64,000 bases of DNA from Hydrogenophaga sp. (GCA_016741995.1 JACVCO010000018.1:22562-86561), one strand, 5' to 3'; positions 48,939-59,602 are shown, counted from the stretch's first letter. Translations and numbers: made by a program. Notes: generated by a model not told the origin, from the letters alone.

Positions 48939-49579
48939 GCGGGCTCCTTGGCCGTGGTGCTGGCGGTCGAGAGCATGCGCTCGACGTAGCGGGCCACGGT
49001 GTCGATTTCGAGATTCACGGTGCTGCCGGCGACCAGATCGCCGAACGTGGTGTGTTGCACCGTGTGGGGAATGAGGTTGATGCTGAACGTGCAGCCATCG
49101 GGCGCGTCCTGCACCTGGTTGACGGTGAGGCTGACGCCGTTGACCGTGATCGAGCCCTTGTAGGCCAGGTACTTGCCGAGTTCCGTGGGCGCCAGCACCC
49201 GCAGCTCCCAGCTTTCGCCCACGGGGGCGAAATGGCTCACGGTGCCGATGCCATCGACATGGCCGGAGACGATGTGGCCACCCAGGCGGTCGTGCGCGCG
49301 CAGGGCTTTTTCGAGGTTGACGCGGCGGCCCGGTTCACCCAGGCCGGTGGTGCGAACCAGGGATTCGGCGGAGATGTCGATGGTGAAACGCCGGGCCGGC
49401 AGATCCAGCGAGGTGACCGTCATGCACGCGCCATTGAGGGCGATGCTGTCACCGAGACCGACGTCGTCGAGGTAACCCGGCGGCGCCTCGATGGCGAGGC
49501 GCCGACCGTGTTGCAAAGAACTTCCCAGCGCATGGGAGTCGGCGATGCGCCCCACGCCGGTGATGATGCCGGTGAACAT
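48935..49579 (-). CDS. ribE: Riboflavin synthase
   Basis: MFTGI N-terminus, [30 protein letters not shown]. Confidence 0.96.
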   Translation of the reverse strand: MFTGIITGVGRIADSHALGSSLQHGRRLAIEAPPGYLDDVGLGDSIALNGACMTVTSLDLPARRFTIDISAESLVRTTGLGEPGRRVNLEKALRAHDRLGGHIVSGHVDGIGTVSHFAPVGESWELRVLAPTELGKYLAYKGSITVNGVSLTVNQVQDAPDGCTFSINLIPHTVQHTTFGDLVAGSTVNLEIDTVARYVERMLSTASTTAKEPA

Positions 49580-49634
49580 GCCGGCATTTTCGCAGGGTTT
49601 TGTGGCCCCGGCCGGTAAGGGGGTGGGGGTAGGG

Positions 49635-50099
49635 TCAGCCGCCTTTGAAACAGTCGGCCAGGCGGGTGTGGGGGGCCGCGCCGATCAGATCGCGCCGGCC
49701 GGTGTGGGTGATCTGAAGGTCGCCGCAGCGGTCGTTGGCCATGTTGCCCGTGCGCACCGCGCGCAAGGTGTAGGCGTGGGCCACGGTGGCGGTGTCCACA
49801 GGGGCGTTGTCTTCGATGAACCGGATGATGTACGAGGCGGCCTGGCCCCCTTCGCCAGGGCTGCGACCGAAGGCGGCCGGCAGCACGGCGCCCACGTGGG
49901 TGTCGGCGTTGCTGTAGCGGCGCCGCAGGAACTGGCTGGCCTCCTCGAGCGCCCGTTGGGCGTCCGCGCGGCGGGCGGCGCGAATGTGCTCGGTGTAGCT
50001 GGGGTAAGCCAGCATCGCCAGGATGGCCACGATGGCGCAGGCGATCATGAGCTCGATCAGCGTGAACCCGCTCGAGCGGGTGCGGGGAGTCGGCCTCAT
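49635..50099 (-). CDS. pilE: Type IV minor pilin PilE
   Basis: G|FTLIELMI prepilin site, YPSY....RR.DA...L, C-terminal Cys pair. Confidence 0.88.
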   Translation of the reverse strand: MRPTPRTRSSGFTLIELMIACAIVAILAMLAYPSYTEHIRAARRADAQRALEEASQFLRRRYSNADTHVGAVLPAAFGRSPGEGGQAASYIIRFIEDNAPVDTATVAHAYTLRAVRTGNMANDRCGDLQITHTGRRDLIGAAPHTRLADCFKGG

Positions 50100-53000
50100 T
50101 GCGGTGTGCGGCTCAACTGGTACTGTTGCCGGCTCCAGGGGCGTGGGCCCTGGGGATCGAGACCGATCGTTTCGGGCGCGTTTCCGGTGCCGCTGATCAC
50201 GGCGCGCAGGGTCCGCGCGGCGGGGGCGGCGGCGGGGGACTCGCCGATGAGCCCGGCGGTGAGCTGGCTCATGAGGTCACGAGCGATGGAGTTGTCGGTG
50301 TTGACGAAGGTGACGCCGATGTGCGCGTTGAAGCCGCCACCGGGCAGGTAGACCATCGACGCGGGGTCGAGCCGGCCATCGCCGTCGATGTCGAACGCCG
50401 GCCGGCCGGCGCCGTCCAGCGCGTTGAGCACGTAGAGGTAGTTGGCCGGCCGCGACGCGGTGCAGCTCTCCGGTTGGTTCCCGTTGGCACCGACGACCGT
50501 GGTGTTGACGAGAACCGATGTGGCGAGGTTGCGAACCTGATCGAGGGCGCGTTCGCCGTGGTGGGTGTGGCCCAGTGCGAACGTCCAGCCGCGGTGCACG
50601 GACCAGTCGACGGGGCGGCGTGTCGAGGCGGCATACACCCGCCCGTCGCTGGTGGTCTGCGGCGTGCCGTCCCGCGTTTGAACCAGCAGTTGCGACACCA
50701 GCACCGGCGCGAAGCCGGGGGCATCCGGGCCACCGATGGGCGTCGGGTCCCAGATGCCGTGGATGTTGTCGTTGGGTGGGTGGATGTCGGGATCGTTCGC
50801 TCGCAGATCGCTTTCGTCCAGCGCGATGCCGGTGGCCAGAACGACCATGGCGCCCCCGCGTGGGTGGGGTTGCCAGGCCGGGGCGGCGAAGATGGACCGG
50901 TTGCCGGCCGTGGTGAAGAGCGGGCGGTTGTAGGAGACGCGCCAATCCTGCGGGGCACCCCGCAGGTCGAAGCGCCAGAGCTGGCCGTTGTCGTCACCCG
51001 CGTAGGCGGCGACGATGCGACGGTCGCGGTTGCGCACCACGGTGACCCCGCCCATGCCGCGCCCCGCCGAGGCGCCTGCGGGCAGCGGAATGTTTCTGAG
51101 GACCGCGCCGGTCAGGGGGTCGAGCACGACCAGCCCGTGTCGGCTGCCGTCGCTGTGGCCGTTGTGGTGCCCGGTGGTGGTCAGCAAGACCCACGCGCCA
51201 CCGGCCGTCTGCCCGCTGCGCAGCGGGTGTGTGAGGTGCCCCAGCGCAAGGCCGGCGTCGTTGACCGTGTCGGGCCCGATCTCCCACAGCACATCGGACG
51301 CCTGCATCGCGCGTGTTTGCGTGCCGTTGAGGGGGATGCGCAGCGCATGGACGAGCCGTTCGCCGCGCCCGCCCGTTCCGGTGACGATCTGCTGCCACTG
51401 CCCACCGGAGAACACGTCGTGCAACGACAGCGGGCCGTCGAGCAGGTAGGCGAATTCGGTGGCCGTGTCGGCGTTGTCGATGAGCCGCGGCATGACCCGC
51501 CGCGGGACGTAGGCCGCCAGCTCCCGGCCGTTGGTGGCGTCGAGCTGATGAACCATGCCGGCGTTGGTGGCGACGATCAGCGATTCCGGCGCCGCCCTCA
51601 GCCGGCTCAGGTACAACGCGTAGCTCGCGCGGCCGTCCACCGTGCCCAGCAGGTCGTACGCCATGTCCTGGTCTGCGCCGGCGAAGAGCGGCGCGCTGTT
51701 GACGATGGCACCCATGGGTTCGAGCCGCAGGCGCAACATGCCGCCCCGGGTGTTCCTCGCAGGGTCGAGGCCGCGCACGTAGTCGACGAATTGGCTGCCC
51801 GTGGGGATGAGTGCCCGGGTGTCGCGTTGCCGCAGGGCGGCTTGCACCTCGGCCGGCAGGGTGTCGATCGCCCCGATGAATTCGAAACCGGTCTGGTTGG
51901 CCCGGATGCTGAAGACCCGGCGCTCGTTGTGACGGGGCAGCAGCGCGCTGGCCGACCAGTGGGTGGTGCCGGGTGGCGTCAGTGTGTTGCCGTTGGCGTC
52001 GCGGGTCAGGGTGAGGGGGCGCCCATCGTCACCGAGGCGTTGCGCCAGCACGTTGCCGGTGTTGTCGGCGGTGCGGTACGTCACCAGGAACTTCAGGCGC
52101 CCCAGCGCCGGGTCGTCGGTCGTGCCCAGCTCCACCCCGGCGTCGTTGCCCGACACGCTCAGGATGTCGGACAGGATGGTGTTGATCACCGAACGGATGT
52201 CGCTGGCGCTTTCCACGCTGAAACCGCGGCCACCGCCCGTGAACCCCGCCTGGATGAAGTCATCCACCCGGCGGGCCTCGCTGGCGTTGGCCAGCGGCCC
52301 GGTCGGCCAGCTGGGGCGGGGCGCGTTCGCGGAGCCGTTCTCGACGAAGCCGAAGGTGTGGTTGTCGATCTGGTTGAACGTGAGCCCGCTGGTGGCGCCG
52401 GGGTGTTCGCCCGAGGGCTTGATCAGGTAGCCGATGGTGTAGGAGGTCATGTTCTGCCAGAAGCCCGGGCGGCCCGCCACCGTCGTGAGGTCGTTGGGCA
52501 GGTCCCGCCGGAAGTCTTCGTGCCATTGGTACCGGGCCGCCAGATCGGCCAACCCGCCCGTGCCGCTGCCGGGGTACGGGATGTAGCGCTTGCGCTGGCT
52601 GCTGTCGCCCTCGGGGTTGTAGGCCAGGGAGGCCGTGACGTTGCCGTCCGGGCCGATCCGGGTGAAGGTGGGGCCAGGGGTGCTGTCGTGGTTCGCGCCC
52701 GCGTTGGTGGCGTGGTTGGTGGACCACGCGCCGTCGGAAAACACCACGTGGTAGCTGCGGCGGCAGCTCATCTCGCGGTTGCTGCTGCCGTGCAGGCGGG
52801 TCGGGTTTTCGGCCCACGGGTTCTCGACGGCGCCGGACGGCACGCGTAGGTAGCTGGCCACGCGGTCGAACGCGTTGTGCAGCGGGGTGACACCCATGGG
52901 CACGTTGCCGTACAGCCAGTCGTAGAACTGCCGGTTGGCCGCGGTGCCGGTGGCCCAGGGGCGCACACCACGCAGCAAGTGGGGGTGGGTGACGTCCACC

Positions 53001-53911
53001 CCGGGTGTGTAGGGAATGCCCACCTTGGGAAAGTTGGTGCGCAGGTAGCCCACACGCAGGCGGTGGTCCAGGCGGCGGTCGTTGAAGGCGAGCCCCATGG
53101 CGGTTTGTGTCGCGGCCATGCGGGTGAGGTAGTAGCGGTACCAGTTCATCACGTTCGCCCGTTCTTGTGCGGCCGTGCAGGTGTTGCCGTTGCAATCGGT
53201 CCGGCTGTGCGGGCTGGGCAGCGTGACGGGGCTGGCGTCGTTCGGGTGCAGGGTGATCAGGCGGTGGCTGGTGCAGGTCTGGCTGCCGTTGTTCGTGCCG
53301 ATGGCGCTGCAGAGGGCGTAGGTGAAGCCGGGTGTTGCGGTGCTCAACTGGCTGGCCTGGTAAGCCATGTGCACCGGGGCGTGGTTGCCGTTGTCCTCCT
53401 CGGCGACCACGACCCAGCCGTTCGGGATGCCCGGCTGGGGAGAGAAGCTGCTGTGGCGGATGACCAGCGGCGGCGAATTGACCAGGGCCTCGACCGAGGT
53501 GGCGTAGACCCGGTACAGGTAGGGTGCGCTCGTCTGGTTGGAGATGAAGGCGATGCCATCGGCGGGCGGCAGATCGTGGCCATTGGCATCCACCCGCGGC
53601 GCATACGTCACGCGCGGGTTGTAGTACAGCGGGTTGACGTCGGCCGAGCGCTGGGCCGCGTAGAGGCCGCCGCTGGTGCTGTTCTGCGCCATGCGGTAGC
53701 TGTCCGGGAACGGCTGGGCCATGGAGCCCGAGGTGTCGAGCGACACCATGAGGTTGGGGCCGGGGAGGGCGGTGTTGGTCAGCAGTGGCCGTTGCGCCGG
53801 CTGCGCGAGCGCGGCGCTGGACAGCGCGAGGGCACTGACCCACAGCGCGTTGCGTCGGGCGTGCGTGGCGGTCGGTGTTGCCTTGCGCGCGGAGAGGGTG
53901 GCAGTGCTCAT
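50096..53911 (-). CDS. pilY1: PilY1/PilC-type pilus tip adhesin (vWA domain + beta-propeller)
   Basis: Signal peptide, MIDAS DTSGSM...TPL...SDG, GAIVNS.P, YLLDG, AYAGD.NG.LWRFDL, GIWD, GW; position in a fimT-pilVWX-Y1-E operon. Confidence 0.88.
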   Translation of the reverse strand: MSTATLSARKATPTATHARRNALWVSALALSSAALAQPAQRPLLTNTALPGPNLMVSLDTSGSMAQPFPDSYRMAQNSTSGGLYAAQRSADVNPLYYNPRVTYAPRVDANGHDLPPADGIAFISNQTSAPYLYRVYATSVEALVNSPPLVIRHSSFSPQPGIPNGWVVVAEEDNGNHAPVHMAYQASQLSTATPGFTYALCSAIGTNNGSQTCTSHRLITLHPNDASPVTLPSPHSRTDCNGNTCTAAQERANVMNWYRYYLTRMAATQTAMGLAFNDRRLDHRLRVGYLRTNFPKVGIPYTPGVDVTHPHLLRGVRPWATGTAANRQFYDWLYGNVPMGVTPLHNAFDRVASYLRVPSGAVENPWAENPTRLHGSSNREMSCRRSYHVVFSDGAWSTNHATNAGANHDSTPGPTFTRIGPDGNVTASLAYNPEGDSSQRKRYIPYPGSGTGGLADLAARYQWHEDFRRDLPNDLTTVAGRPGFWQNMTSYTIGYLIKPSGEHPGATSGLTFNQIDNHTFGFVENGSANAPRPSWPTGPLANASEARRVDDFIQAGFTGGGRGFSVESASDIRSVINTILSDILSVSGNDAGVELGTTDDPALGRLKFLVTYRTADNTGNVLAQRLGDDGRPLTLTRDANGNTLTPPGTTHWSASALLPRHNERRVFSIRANQTGFEFIGAIDTLPAEVQAALRQRDTRALIPTGSQFVDYVRGLDPARNTRGGMLRLRLEPMGAIVNSAPLFAGADQDMAYDLLGTVDGRASYALYLSRLRAAPESLIVATNAGMVHQLDATNGRELAAYVPRRVMPRLIDNADTATEFAYLLDGPLSLHDVFSGGQWQQIVTGTGGRGERLVHALRIPLNGTQTRAMQASDVLWEIGPDTVNDAGLALGHLTHPLRSGQTAGGAWVLLTTTGHHNGHSDGSRHGLVVLDPLTGAVLRNIPLPAGASAGRGMGGVTVVRNRDRRIVAAYAGDDNGQLWRFDLRGAPQDWRVSYNRPLFTTAGNRSIFAAPAWQPHPRGGAMVVLATGIALDESDLRANDPDIHPPNDNIHGIWDPTPIGGPDAPGFAPVLVSQLLVQTRDGTPQTTSDGRVYAASTRRPVDWSVHRGWTFALGHTHHGERALDQVRNLATSVLVNTTVVGANGNQPESCTASRPANYLYVLNALDGAGRPAFDIDGDGRLDPASMVYLPGGGFNAHIGVTFVNTDNSIARDLMSQLTAGLIGESPAAAPAARTLRAVISGTGNAPETIGLDPQGPRPWSRQQYQLSRTPQ

Positions 53912-53912
53912 G

Positions 53913-54530
53913 TCATTCGAAGCCGCCCGAGGCGGATGGGATGGGAACGTTGGGCGCGATGACCGATTGCAGCCAGACCTCGGCGCCGCTCAGCAAACGG
54001 CCGTCGTCATCGAAGCTGGTGTTGGCCGAGAGGCCACGCGCCGTGATGAGGAAGCGGCCCTGCGTCATGGGCTCGGCCATGCACTGCGGCGCGGGCACGC
54101 GCGGGAGCGCGGCGCTCGCGTTCTGGTCGGCCACCGGGACGTCGATGCGGTGGGTGGCGTTGGCGTGCCAGTTGGCGAGCGCGGGCCACAAGGCCTGGCC
54201 ATGGTCTGTCTGATCGAGCACGGCCTGGCCCAGTTTCGGGGCCAGGGCCCCGTGCGTGGCGCCTTCGCTGTCCACGATGTCCACCACCACCGCTTCACAG
54301 AACCGCAGCCCGCTTTGGGCCGCCAGGTGCGCCACCTGGGTTGCGCGGGCGCTGTGGGTGACCTCCTCCAGCACCGCGGCACGGCGCGACGCCAGCACGG
54401 CCCCCAGGCTGAGCACCACCAGCAGGATCATGGCGACCGGCAGCGCCACGCCCCGCGCACCGTGGCGGGTGGGCGCCGGGGGAAATGGCCGATCAGAGGT
54501 GCCGGTAGGGAAAGAGCACATCGGCGCCAT
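53913..54530 (-). CDS. pilX: PilX-like minor pilin
   Basis: G|VALPVAMIL site lacking Glu5, A..AA.SGLR..E, F.ITARG, LQS. Start uncertain. Confidence 0.78.
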   Translation of the reverse strand: MAPMCSFPTGTSDRPFPPAPTRHGARGVALPVAMILLVVLSLGAVLASRRAAVLEEVTHSARATQVAHLAAQSGLRFCEAVVVDIVDSEGATHGALAPKLGQAVLDQTDHGQALWPALANWHANATHRIDVPVADQNASAALPRVPAPQCMAEPMTQGRFLITARGLSANTSFDDDGRLLSGAEVWLQSVIAPNVPIPSASGGFE

Positions 54531-55476
54531 CGCGTTGGTAGGGCAGGGGCAGGACCGGCCGGAGGTTGGGCAGTGAGAGCGTGGTGCGGTAGGCGCGGCG
54601 CAGCCGGCCGTCCTGGGGTGTGCGGGCTGTGCCGGTGCAATCCAGGTGGCGGGTCACGTCGTCCAGGGCGAGGCCGTTGCGGGCCACCGGGGTGTTCGAT
54701 CGCACGACGATGCAGATGTCGATGCCGGCCACCCGGGTCCATTCGCCACCCGGCACGCCGAGCCTGGGGTGCGATGGGTCCACCAGCGCGGTGATCTGGT
54801 GGGGCACCGGGTCGCCGGCCACCACCGCGCGGGTCAGGGCGAACCGGATCTGCAGGGTTTCGACGTTGGGGACCAGGGCTGTCCCGTTGCTCATGCCGGC
54901 GCCGCCCGTGCTGCCGCGGCAGTACAGGCTGGGTGCGTCGTTGTTGGTGTTGTCGATCGCCACGTAGAAGCGGTTGTCGGCGAGGTAGGCCGACCCGCCA
55001 TTGACCGCCGCGAGGGTGATGCCGGTGCCGCTGCAGTTGAAGGGCGCATTGGCGTTGGTGGCATGGCTCGAGCTGGTGGTCTGGCTGTTGAAGCGGGTGG
55101 CCTCGTACCGCACCGCGAGCGCGTCGTTGGCGGTGTTGTCGTTGTTGCAGCGGAGCGCGTCGAAGGCCTGGGTGCCGCTGGCGGGGGTGAATCCGCCGTC
55201 GCACCCCAGCAGCGCGAGGCCGCGGAACACCCGCGTGCCGCTGGCCTCCGCGGTCGAGAAACCGGCCAGGCGCACCTGGGTGGCCAGCAGATCGAGCGCG
55301 ATGGCGGCCTCTTCGTTCATCTGCGCCTGTTGCACGGCGAAGCGCGTGCTGTTGGCGTTCTGCAGGTAGGCACCCATGGCGACCAGCACCAGCACAAGCC
55401 CCAGGGCCATGCCCACCATGAGCTCGATGAGGCCCACGCCGCGGTGGGCGCTCGGCGCCGCAGGAACGCGGCGCAT
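54493..55476 (-). CDS. pilW: PilW-like minor pilin
   Basis: G|VGLIELMV site, R.AG, LYC, V..LQI.F, C-terminal T..L.N. Confidence 0.85.
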   Translation of the reverse strand: MRRVPAAPSAHRGVGLIELMVGMALGLVLVLVAMGAYLQNANSTRFAVQQAQMNEEAAIALDLLATQVRLAGFSTAEASGTRVFRGLALLGCDGGFTPASGTQAFDALRCNNDNTANDALAVRYEATRFNSQTTSSSHATNANAPFNCSGTGITLAAVNGGSAYLADNRFYVAIDNTNNDAPSLYCRGSTGGAGMSNGTALVPNVETLQIRFALTRAVVAGDPVPHQITALVDPSHPRLGVPGGEWTRVAGIDICIVVRSNTPVARNGLALDDVTRHLDCTGTARTPQDGRLRRAYRTTLSLPNLRPVLPLPYQRDGADVLFPYRHL

Positions 55477-56024
55477 CACAGGCCCACCCGGAAGTGCACG
55501 CAACTGTCGCCGCCCCGCTGCTGCGCGGTCAACGCGGCGGGGCAGGCGTCCACGCTGGCCTGGGTCAGGCTGTCGTCGGCGTCGATGGCGACATCGGGCC
55601 ACAGCACCCACACATCCATGTTGCGTGCCGCGGCCGTGGGGCGCGACACCACGATGGCCCGCGCCGCCGGCAAGGCGTTGCCGATGGAGCGCAGGAATTC
55701 GAGCCTGTCCTGCTGCGCCACCGCCTGGGCCGCGGTCAGGTCGTCCGCGTCCACGTCGATGGTGGCAGCGGGTGGGGTGGCGGCGCCCAACTCGATGTCG
55801 TAGGCCCCGAGGTCGAAGCCGTAGAGGTTGAGCCGGGCCCGCTCGGCGTAGCTCTGCACCAGGCTGTGGGCCACGAGGCGCACCTGGCTCGATTTGGTGT
55901 GACCGATGGCCGCCGAACTCAACCGGGCCATGCCGAGCAGGCCCAGGCTGATCAGCAACAGGGCGACCAGCACCTCGACCAGCGAGACGCCCTGTTGATC
56001 GGGATGAGAAGGTGATGTCGGCAT
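55476..56024 (-). CDS. pilV: PilV-like minor pilin
   Basis: G|VSLVEVLVALL..SLGLLG, ERAR.N, LP. Confidence 0.85.
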   Translation of the reverse strand: MPTSPSHPDQQGVSLVEVLVALLLISLGLLGMARLSSAAIGHTKSSQVRLVAHSLVQSYAERARLNLYGFDLGAYDIELGAATPPAATIDVDADDLTAAQAVAQQDRLEFLRSIGNALPAARAIVVSRPTAAARNMDVWVLWPDVAIDADDSLTQASVDACPAALTAQQRGGDSCVHFRVGL

Positions 56025-56031
56025 GGTGTTC

Positions 56032-56583
56032 CTAGGGCGCGTCGGGCCCGACCCGCGCGCGCCCGGTGCTGTTGAGGACCACGCGTTGCGCATCGGTCCG
56101 GCCGCCGCTGGCTTGCACCGTCACCCGGGCGCTGATGCCGCGCAGCGAGCCGTCGGCGCGGAACACCAGTTGTGCCGGCGAGGTCTGGTGCCTCAAGACC
56201 GCGAGGCCGCCGGGTGCGGCGCGGCGCGCGATCTCGGTTTCACCCGCATCGAAGGCGTCGTTGCCGTTGGCGTCGGAGAACACGATCCAGCCCGCCGTCC
56301 ACTGCAGGCCGGCCGTGCAGCGGTTGGTGTCGGCGGCATCGAGGGCGCACATGAACACGGGTCGCGACGTCCGCCGGGCGCTGGCGCGGGCTAGGTGAAT
56401 GTCCGCAATGAACGTGTCGATGGCCGCCTGCTGCCGCCATTGGCTCACCAAGCCGGTGAACGAGGGCACGCCCACCGTGAGCAGGATGGCCGCGACGGCC
56501 AGGCCCACGAGCAGTTCGATCAGGGTGATGCCGCGGATCGGCGGGTGCGGCAGCGGAGCGCTGGCGCATGGATGGGTCGGCAT
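56032..56583 (-). CDS. fimT: FimT/GspH family pseudopilin
   Basis: G|ITLIELLV, ARASA, W..GWIVF.D.N, F...G, V...GR. Confidence 0.85.
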   Translation of the reverse strand: MPTHPCASAPLPHPPIRGITLIELLVGLAVAAILLTVGVPSFTGLVSQWRQQAAIDTFIADIHLARASARRTSRPVFMCALDAADTNRCTAGLQWTAGWIVFSDANGNDAFDAGETEIARRAAPGGLAVLRHQTSPAQLVFRADGSLRGISARVTVQASGGRTDAQRVVLNSTGRARVGPDAP

Positions 56584-56698
56584 AGCCCACGATGCTCGGC
56601 CGCTGGGCCTGTGCTCCCCATGCCGTCGCCGACCAAACGATCGGAATCGGCGATGAGTACGAAAGAGCTACTGAATTGGCGCTAGGAAACCGAGGGCG

Positions 56699-57853
56699 TC
56701 ACGCGGCCCAGCCAGCGCGATCCAGGAAATCCGCCGACGACTGCGCCACGGCGGTCAGGCGGATGTCGGCCCCCAGCGGTTGCATCGATGTCCAGTGGAA
56801 GCCGGGCGCCTCGCCCAGGCGCTGCAGCGGCCCGATCGGTGCCATGCCGGCGCCTTGCCCGAGCAGGCGGGGCGCCAGGTAGATGAGCAGCTCGTCCACC
56901 ATGCCCGATTTCACGAGGGAGGCGTTGAGCTTGGCGCCGGCCTCGACATGGACCTCATTGACTTCGCGGGCGGCCAGTTCGCTCAGCGCCGCCGCCAGAT
57001 CCACCTTGCCGCGCGGGTCGGGCCGATCGATCGGCACGGCGCCCCGGGCTTGAAGCCGGGCCTGCCGCTCGGGCGCGGCGCCGGCATGGAAGAACAGCAT
57101 CTGCCGCGTGCCGGGTGCCGCAGGGGCTTCGAACAGGCGCGCCGTGTCCGGCGTGTCCAGCCGGCTGTCGATCACCACCAAGTGCGGTTGCCGCTGCAAT
57201 CCCTCCACCCGCGCATCCAGGCGCGGGTTGTCGCTCAGCACGGTGCCGGCGCCGGTAAGCACCGCGCACGCCCGGGCCCGCCACAGGTGGCCATCGGCCC
57301 GCGCGGCCTCGCCGGTGATCCACTGGCTCTGGCCATCGGGCAGGGCGGTGATGCCATCGAGCGATGCCGCGACTTTCATGCGCACCCAGGGGCGCCCGCG
57401 AACCATGCGGCTGAAAAAGCCGATGTTGAGTTCGCGGGCTGCCCGGGCGAGCGGGTCGTCGACCGGCAGCTCATCGACACGCACGCCGGCCGCGCGCAGG
57501 CGCTGCGTCCCTTGCCCGGCCACTTTCGGGTTGGGGTCGCCCGTCGCGATGACCACACGCGCCACACCGGCGGCCACCAGCGCATCGCAGCAGGGCGGCG
57601 TGCGGCCGTGGTGGGAACAGGGTTCCAGCGTGACGAAGGCGGTGGCGCCCGCGGTGGCCTCGCCCCGGGTCTGCGCATCGCGCAGCGCCATCACCTCGGC
57701 GTGCGGGCCACCGGCGCGTTGCGTGTGCCCCTCGCCGATCACACGCCCGTCGGCGCCCACCAGCACGCAACCCACGCGGGGGTTCGGGTTGCTCAGGGTC
57801 AGCGCCCGCTGTGCGAGCGCCAGGGCCTGCTGCATCAGCGCGCGTTCGTCCAT
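56699..57853 (-). CDS. ribD: Bifunctional pyrimidine deaminase/reductase RibD
   Basis: PNPRVGC, HAE, TLEPCSHHGRTPPC, K.A.SLDG, SQWIT, VEAG. Confidence 0.96.
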   Translation of the reverse strand: MDERALMQQALALAQRALTLSNPNPRVGCVLVGADGRVIGEGHTQRAGGPHAEVMALRDAQTRGEATAGATAFVTLEPCSHHGRTPPCCDALVAAGVARVVIATGDPNPKVAGQGTQRLRAAGVRVDELPVDDPLARAARELNIGFFSRMVRGRPWVRMKVAASLDGITALPDGQSQWITGEAARADGHLWRARACAVLTGAGTVLSDNPRLDARVEGLQRQPHLVVIDSRLDTPDTARLFEAPAAPGTRQMLFFHAGAAPERQARLQARGAVPIDRPDPRGKVDLAAALSELAAREVNEVHVEAGAKLNASLVKSGMVDELLIYLAPRLLGQGAGMAPIGPLQRLGEAPGFHWTSMQPLGADIRLTAVAQSSADFLDRAGWAA

Positions 57854-57860
57854 GGGCGCC

Positions 57861-58310
57861 TCAGCGCTTCACTTCGTCGACCAGCGCGCGGAACTCGTCG
57901 ATGTCTTCGAAGCTACGGTAGACGCTCGCGAACCGCACGTAGGCCACTTTGTCGAGCTTTTTGAGTTCCCGCATGACCATCTCGCCGATCCGGTTGGCGG
58001 GGACTTCGCGTGCGCCCAGGTTGAGCAGCTTTTCCTCGATGCGCTCGATCGCCGCGTCGACCTGCTCGGTGCTCACGGGGCGCTTGCGAAGCGCCAGTGC
58101 AAAGGAGGCGCGCAGCTTGTCGGGGACATAGTCCACCCGGCGCCCGTCCTTCTTCACCACCGCCGGAAAGCTCACCTCCGGCCGTTCGTAGGTGGTGAAG
58201 CGTTTGTCGCAGTGCCCGCAGCGGCGGCGGCGGCGGATGAAATCCGCCTCCTCGGAGACGCGGGTCTCGACGACCTGCGTCTCGAGGTGGCCGCAGAAGG
58301 GGCACTTCAT
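57861..58310 (-). CDS. nrdR: Transcriptional repressor NrdR
   Basis: MKCPFC, RRRRRC..C..RFTTYE, ATP cone, AYVRFASVY. Confidence 0.97.
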   Translation of the reverse strand: MKCPFCGHLETQVVETRVSEEADFIRRRRRCGHCDKRFTTYERPEVSFPAVVKKDGRRVDYVPDKLRASFALALRKRPVSTEQVDAAIERIEEKLLNLGAREVPANRIGEMVMRELKKLDKVAYVRFASVYRSFEDIDEFRALVDEVKR

Positions 58311-58317
58311 GCGCGGT

Positions 58318-59562
58318 TTACTTGTAGACCGGGAAGCGCGCGGTCAGCGCATTGACCTTGGCGCGCACGGCGGCGATGTTGGCTTCGTCGCGCGGGTTGT
58401 CCAGCACGTCGGCCACCAGGTTGGCGGTCAGGCGCGCTTCCTCGTCCTTGAAGCCGCGCGTGGTCATGGCGGGCGTGCCGATGCGCACGCCGCTGGTCAC
58501 CATCGGCTTCTCGGGGTCGTTGGGAATGGCGTTCTTGTTGATGGTCATGTGGGCGCTGCCCAGCACGGCCTCGGCTTCCTTGCCGGTGATGCCCTTGGCG
58601 CGCAGGTCGACCAGCATGACGTGGCTTTCGGTGCGGCCGCTCACGATGCGCAGGCCGCGTTGCGTGAGCGTCTCGGCCACGATCTGTGCGTTCTTCAGCA
58701 CCTGCTGCTGGTAGGCCTTGAACTCGGGCTGCAGCGCTTCCTTGAAAGCCACCGCCTTGGCCGCGATCACGTGCATCAGCGGGCCGCCCTGCAGGCCGGG
58801 GAAGATGGCGCTGTTGATGGCCTTCTCGTGCTCGGCCTTCATCAGGATGAAGCCGCCGCGCGGGCCGCGCAGGCTCTTGTGGGTGGTGGAGGTCACCACG
58901 TCGGCGTGCGGCACCGGGTTGGGGTAGACGCCCGCGGCAATCAGGCCGGCGTAGTGCGCCATGTCGACCATGAAGATCGCGCCGACATCCTTGGCGACCT
59001 TGGCGAAGCGGGCGAAGTCGATGCGCAGGCTGTAGGCCGATGCGCCCGCGATGATCAGCTTGGGCTTGGTCTCGTGCGCCTTGCGCTCCATCGCGTCGTA
59101 GTCGATCTCTTCCTGCGCGTTCAGGCCGTAGGAGACGACGTTGAACCACTTGCCGCTCATGTTCAGGGGCATGCCGTGCGTGAGGTGGCCGCCTTCGGCC
59201 AGGCTCATGCCCATGATGGTGTCGCCCGGTTTGAGGAAGGCGAGGAACACGCCTTCGTTGGCGGAAGCGCCGCAATGCGGCTGCACGTTGGCGGCGTCGG
59301 CGCCGAAGATCTGCTTGATGCGATCGATGGCGAGCTTTTCGGCCACGTCCACGTGTTCGCAGCCACCGTAGTAGCGCTTGCCCGGGTAGCCCTCGGCGTA
59401 CTTGTTGGTGAGCTGGGTGCCTTGCGCGGCCATCACGGCCGGGGAGGCGTAGTTCTCGCTCGCGATGAGCTCGATGTGGTGTTCCTGGCGCGCGTTTTCG
59501 GCCTGGATGGCGGCAAACAGCTCGGGGTCGGTCTGTTCGATGAGGATGCGGCGGTCGTACAT
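58318..59562 (-). CDS. glyA: Serine hydroxymethyltransferase
   Basis: [47 protein letters not shown]. Confidence 0.98.
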   Translation of the reverse strand: MYDRRILIEQTDPELFAAIQAENARQEHHIELIASENYASPAVMAAQGTQLTNKYAEGYPGKRYYGGCEHVDVAEKLAIDRIKQIFGADAANVQPHCGASANEGVFLAFLKPGDTIMGMSLAEGGHLTHGMPLNMSGKWFNVVSYGLNAQEEIDYDAMERKAHETKPKLIIAGASAYSLRIDFARFAKVAKDVGAIFMVDMAHYAGLIAAGVYPNPVPHADVVTSTTHKSLRGPRGGFILMKAEHEKAINSAIFPGLQGGPLMHVIAAKAVAFKEALQPEFKAYQQQVLKNAQIVAETLTQRGLRIVSGRTESHVMLVDLRAKGITGKEAEAVLGSAHMTINKNAIPNDPEKPMVTSGVRIGTPAMTTRGFKDEEARLTANLVADVLDNPRDEANIAAVRAKVNALTARFPVYK

Positions 59563-59602
59563 GGCAGTCCTTTGAGACGTGGAACCTTGCGCGGTGACAA
59601 GG

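Noticed and set aside
49580-49634. FMN riboswitch ahead of rib genes
   Set aside because: No RFN consensus, and the gaps before ribD and ribE are too short.
56620-56665. AlgR/LytTR-like repeats upstream of fimT
   Set aside because: Too degenerate relative to CCGTTCGTC to support.
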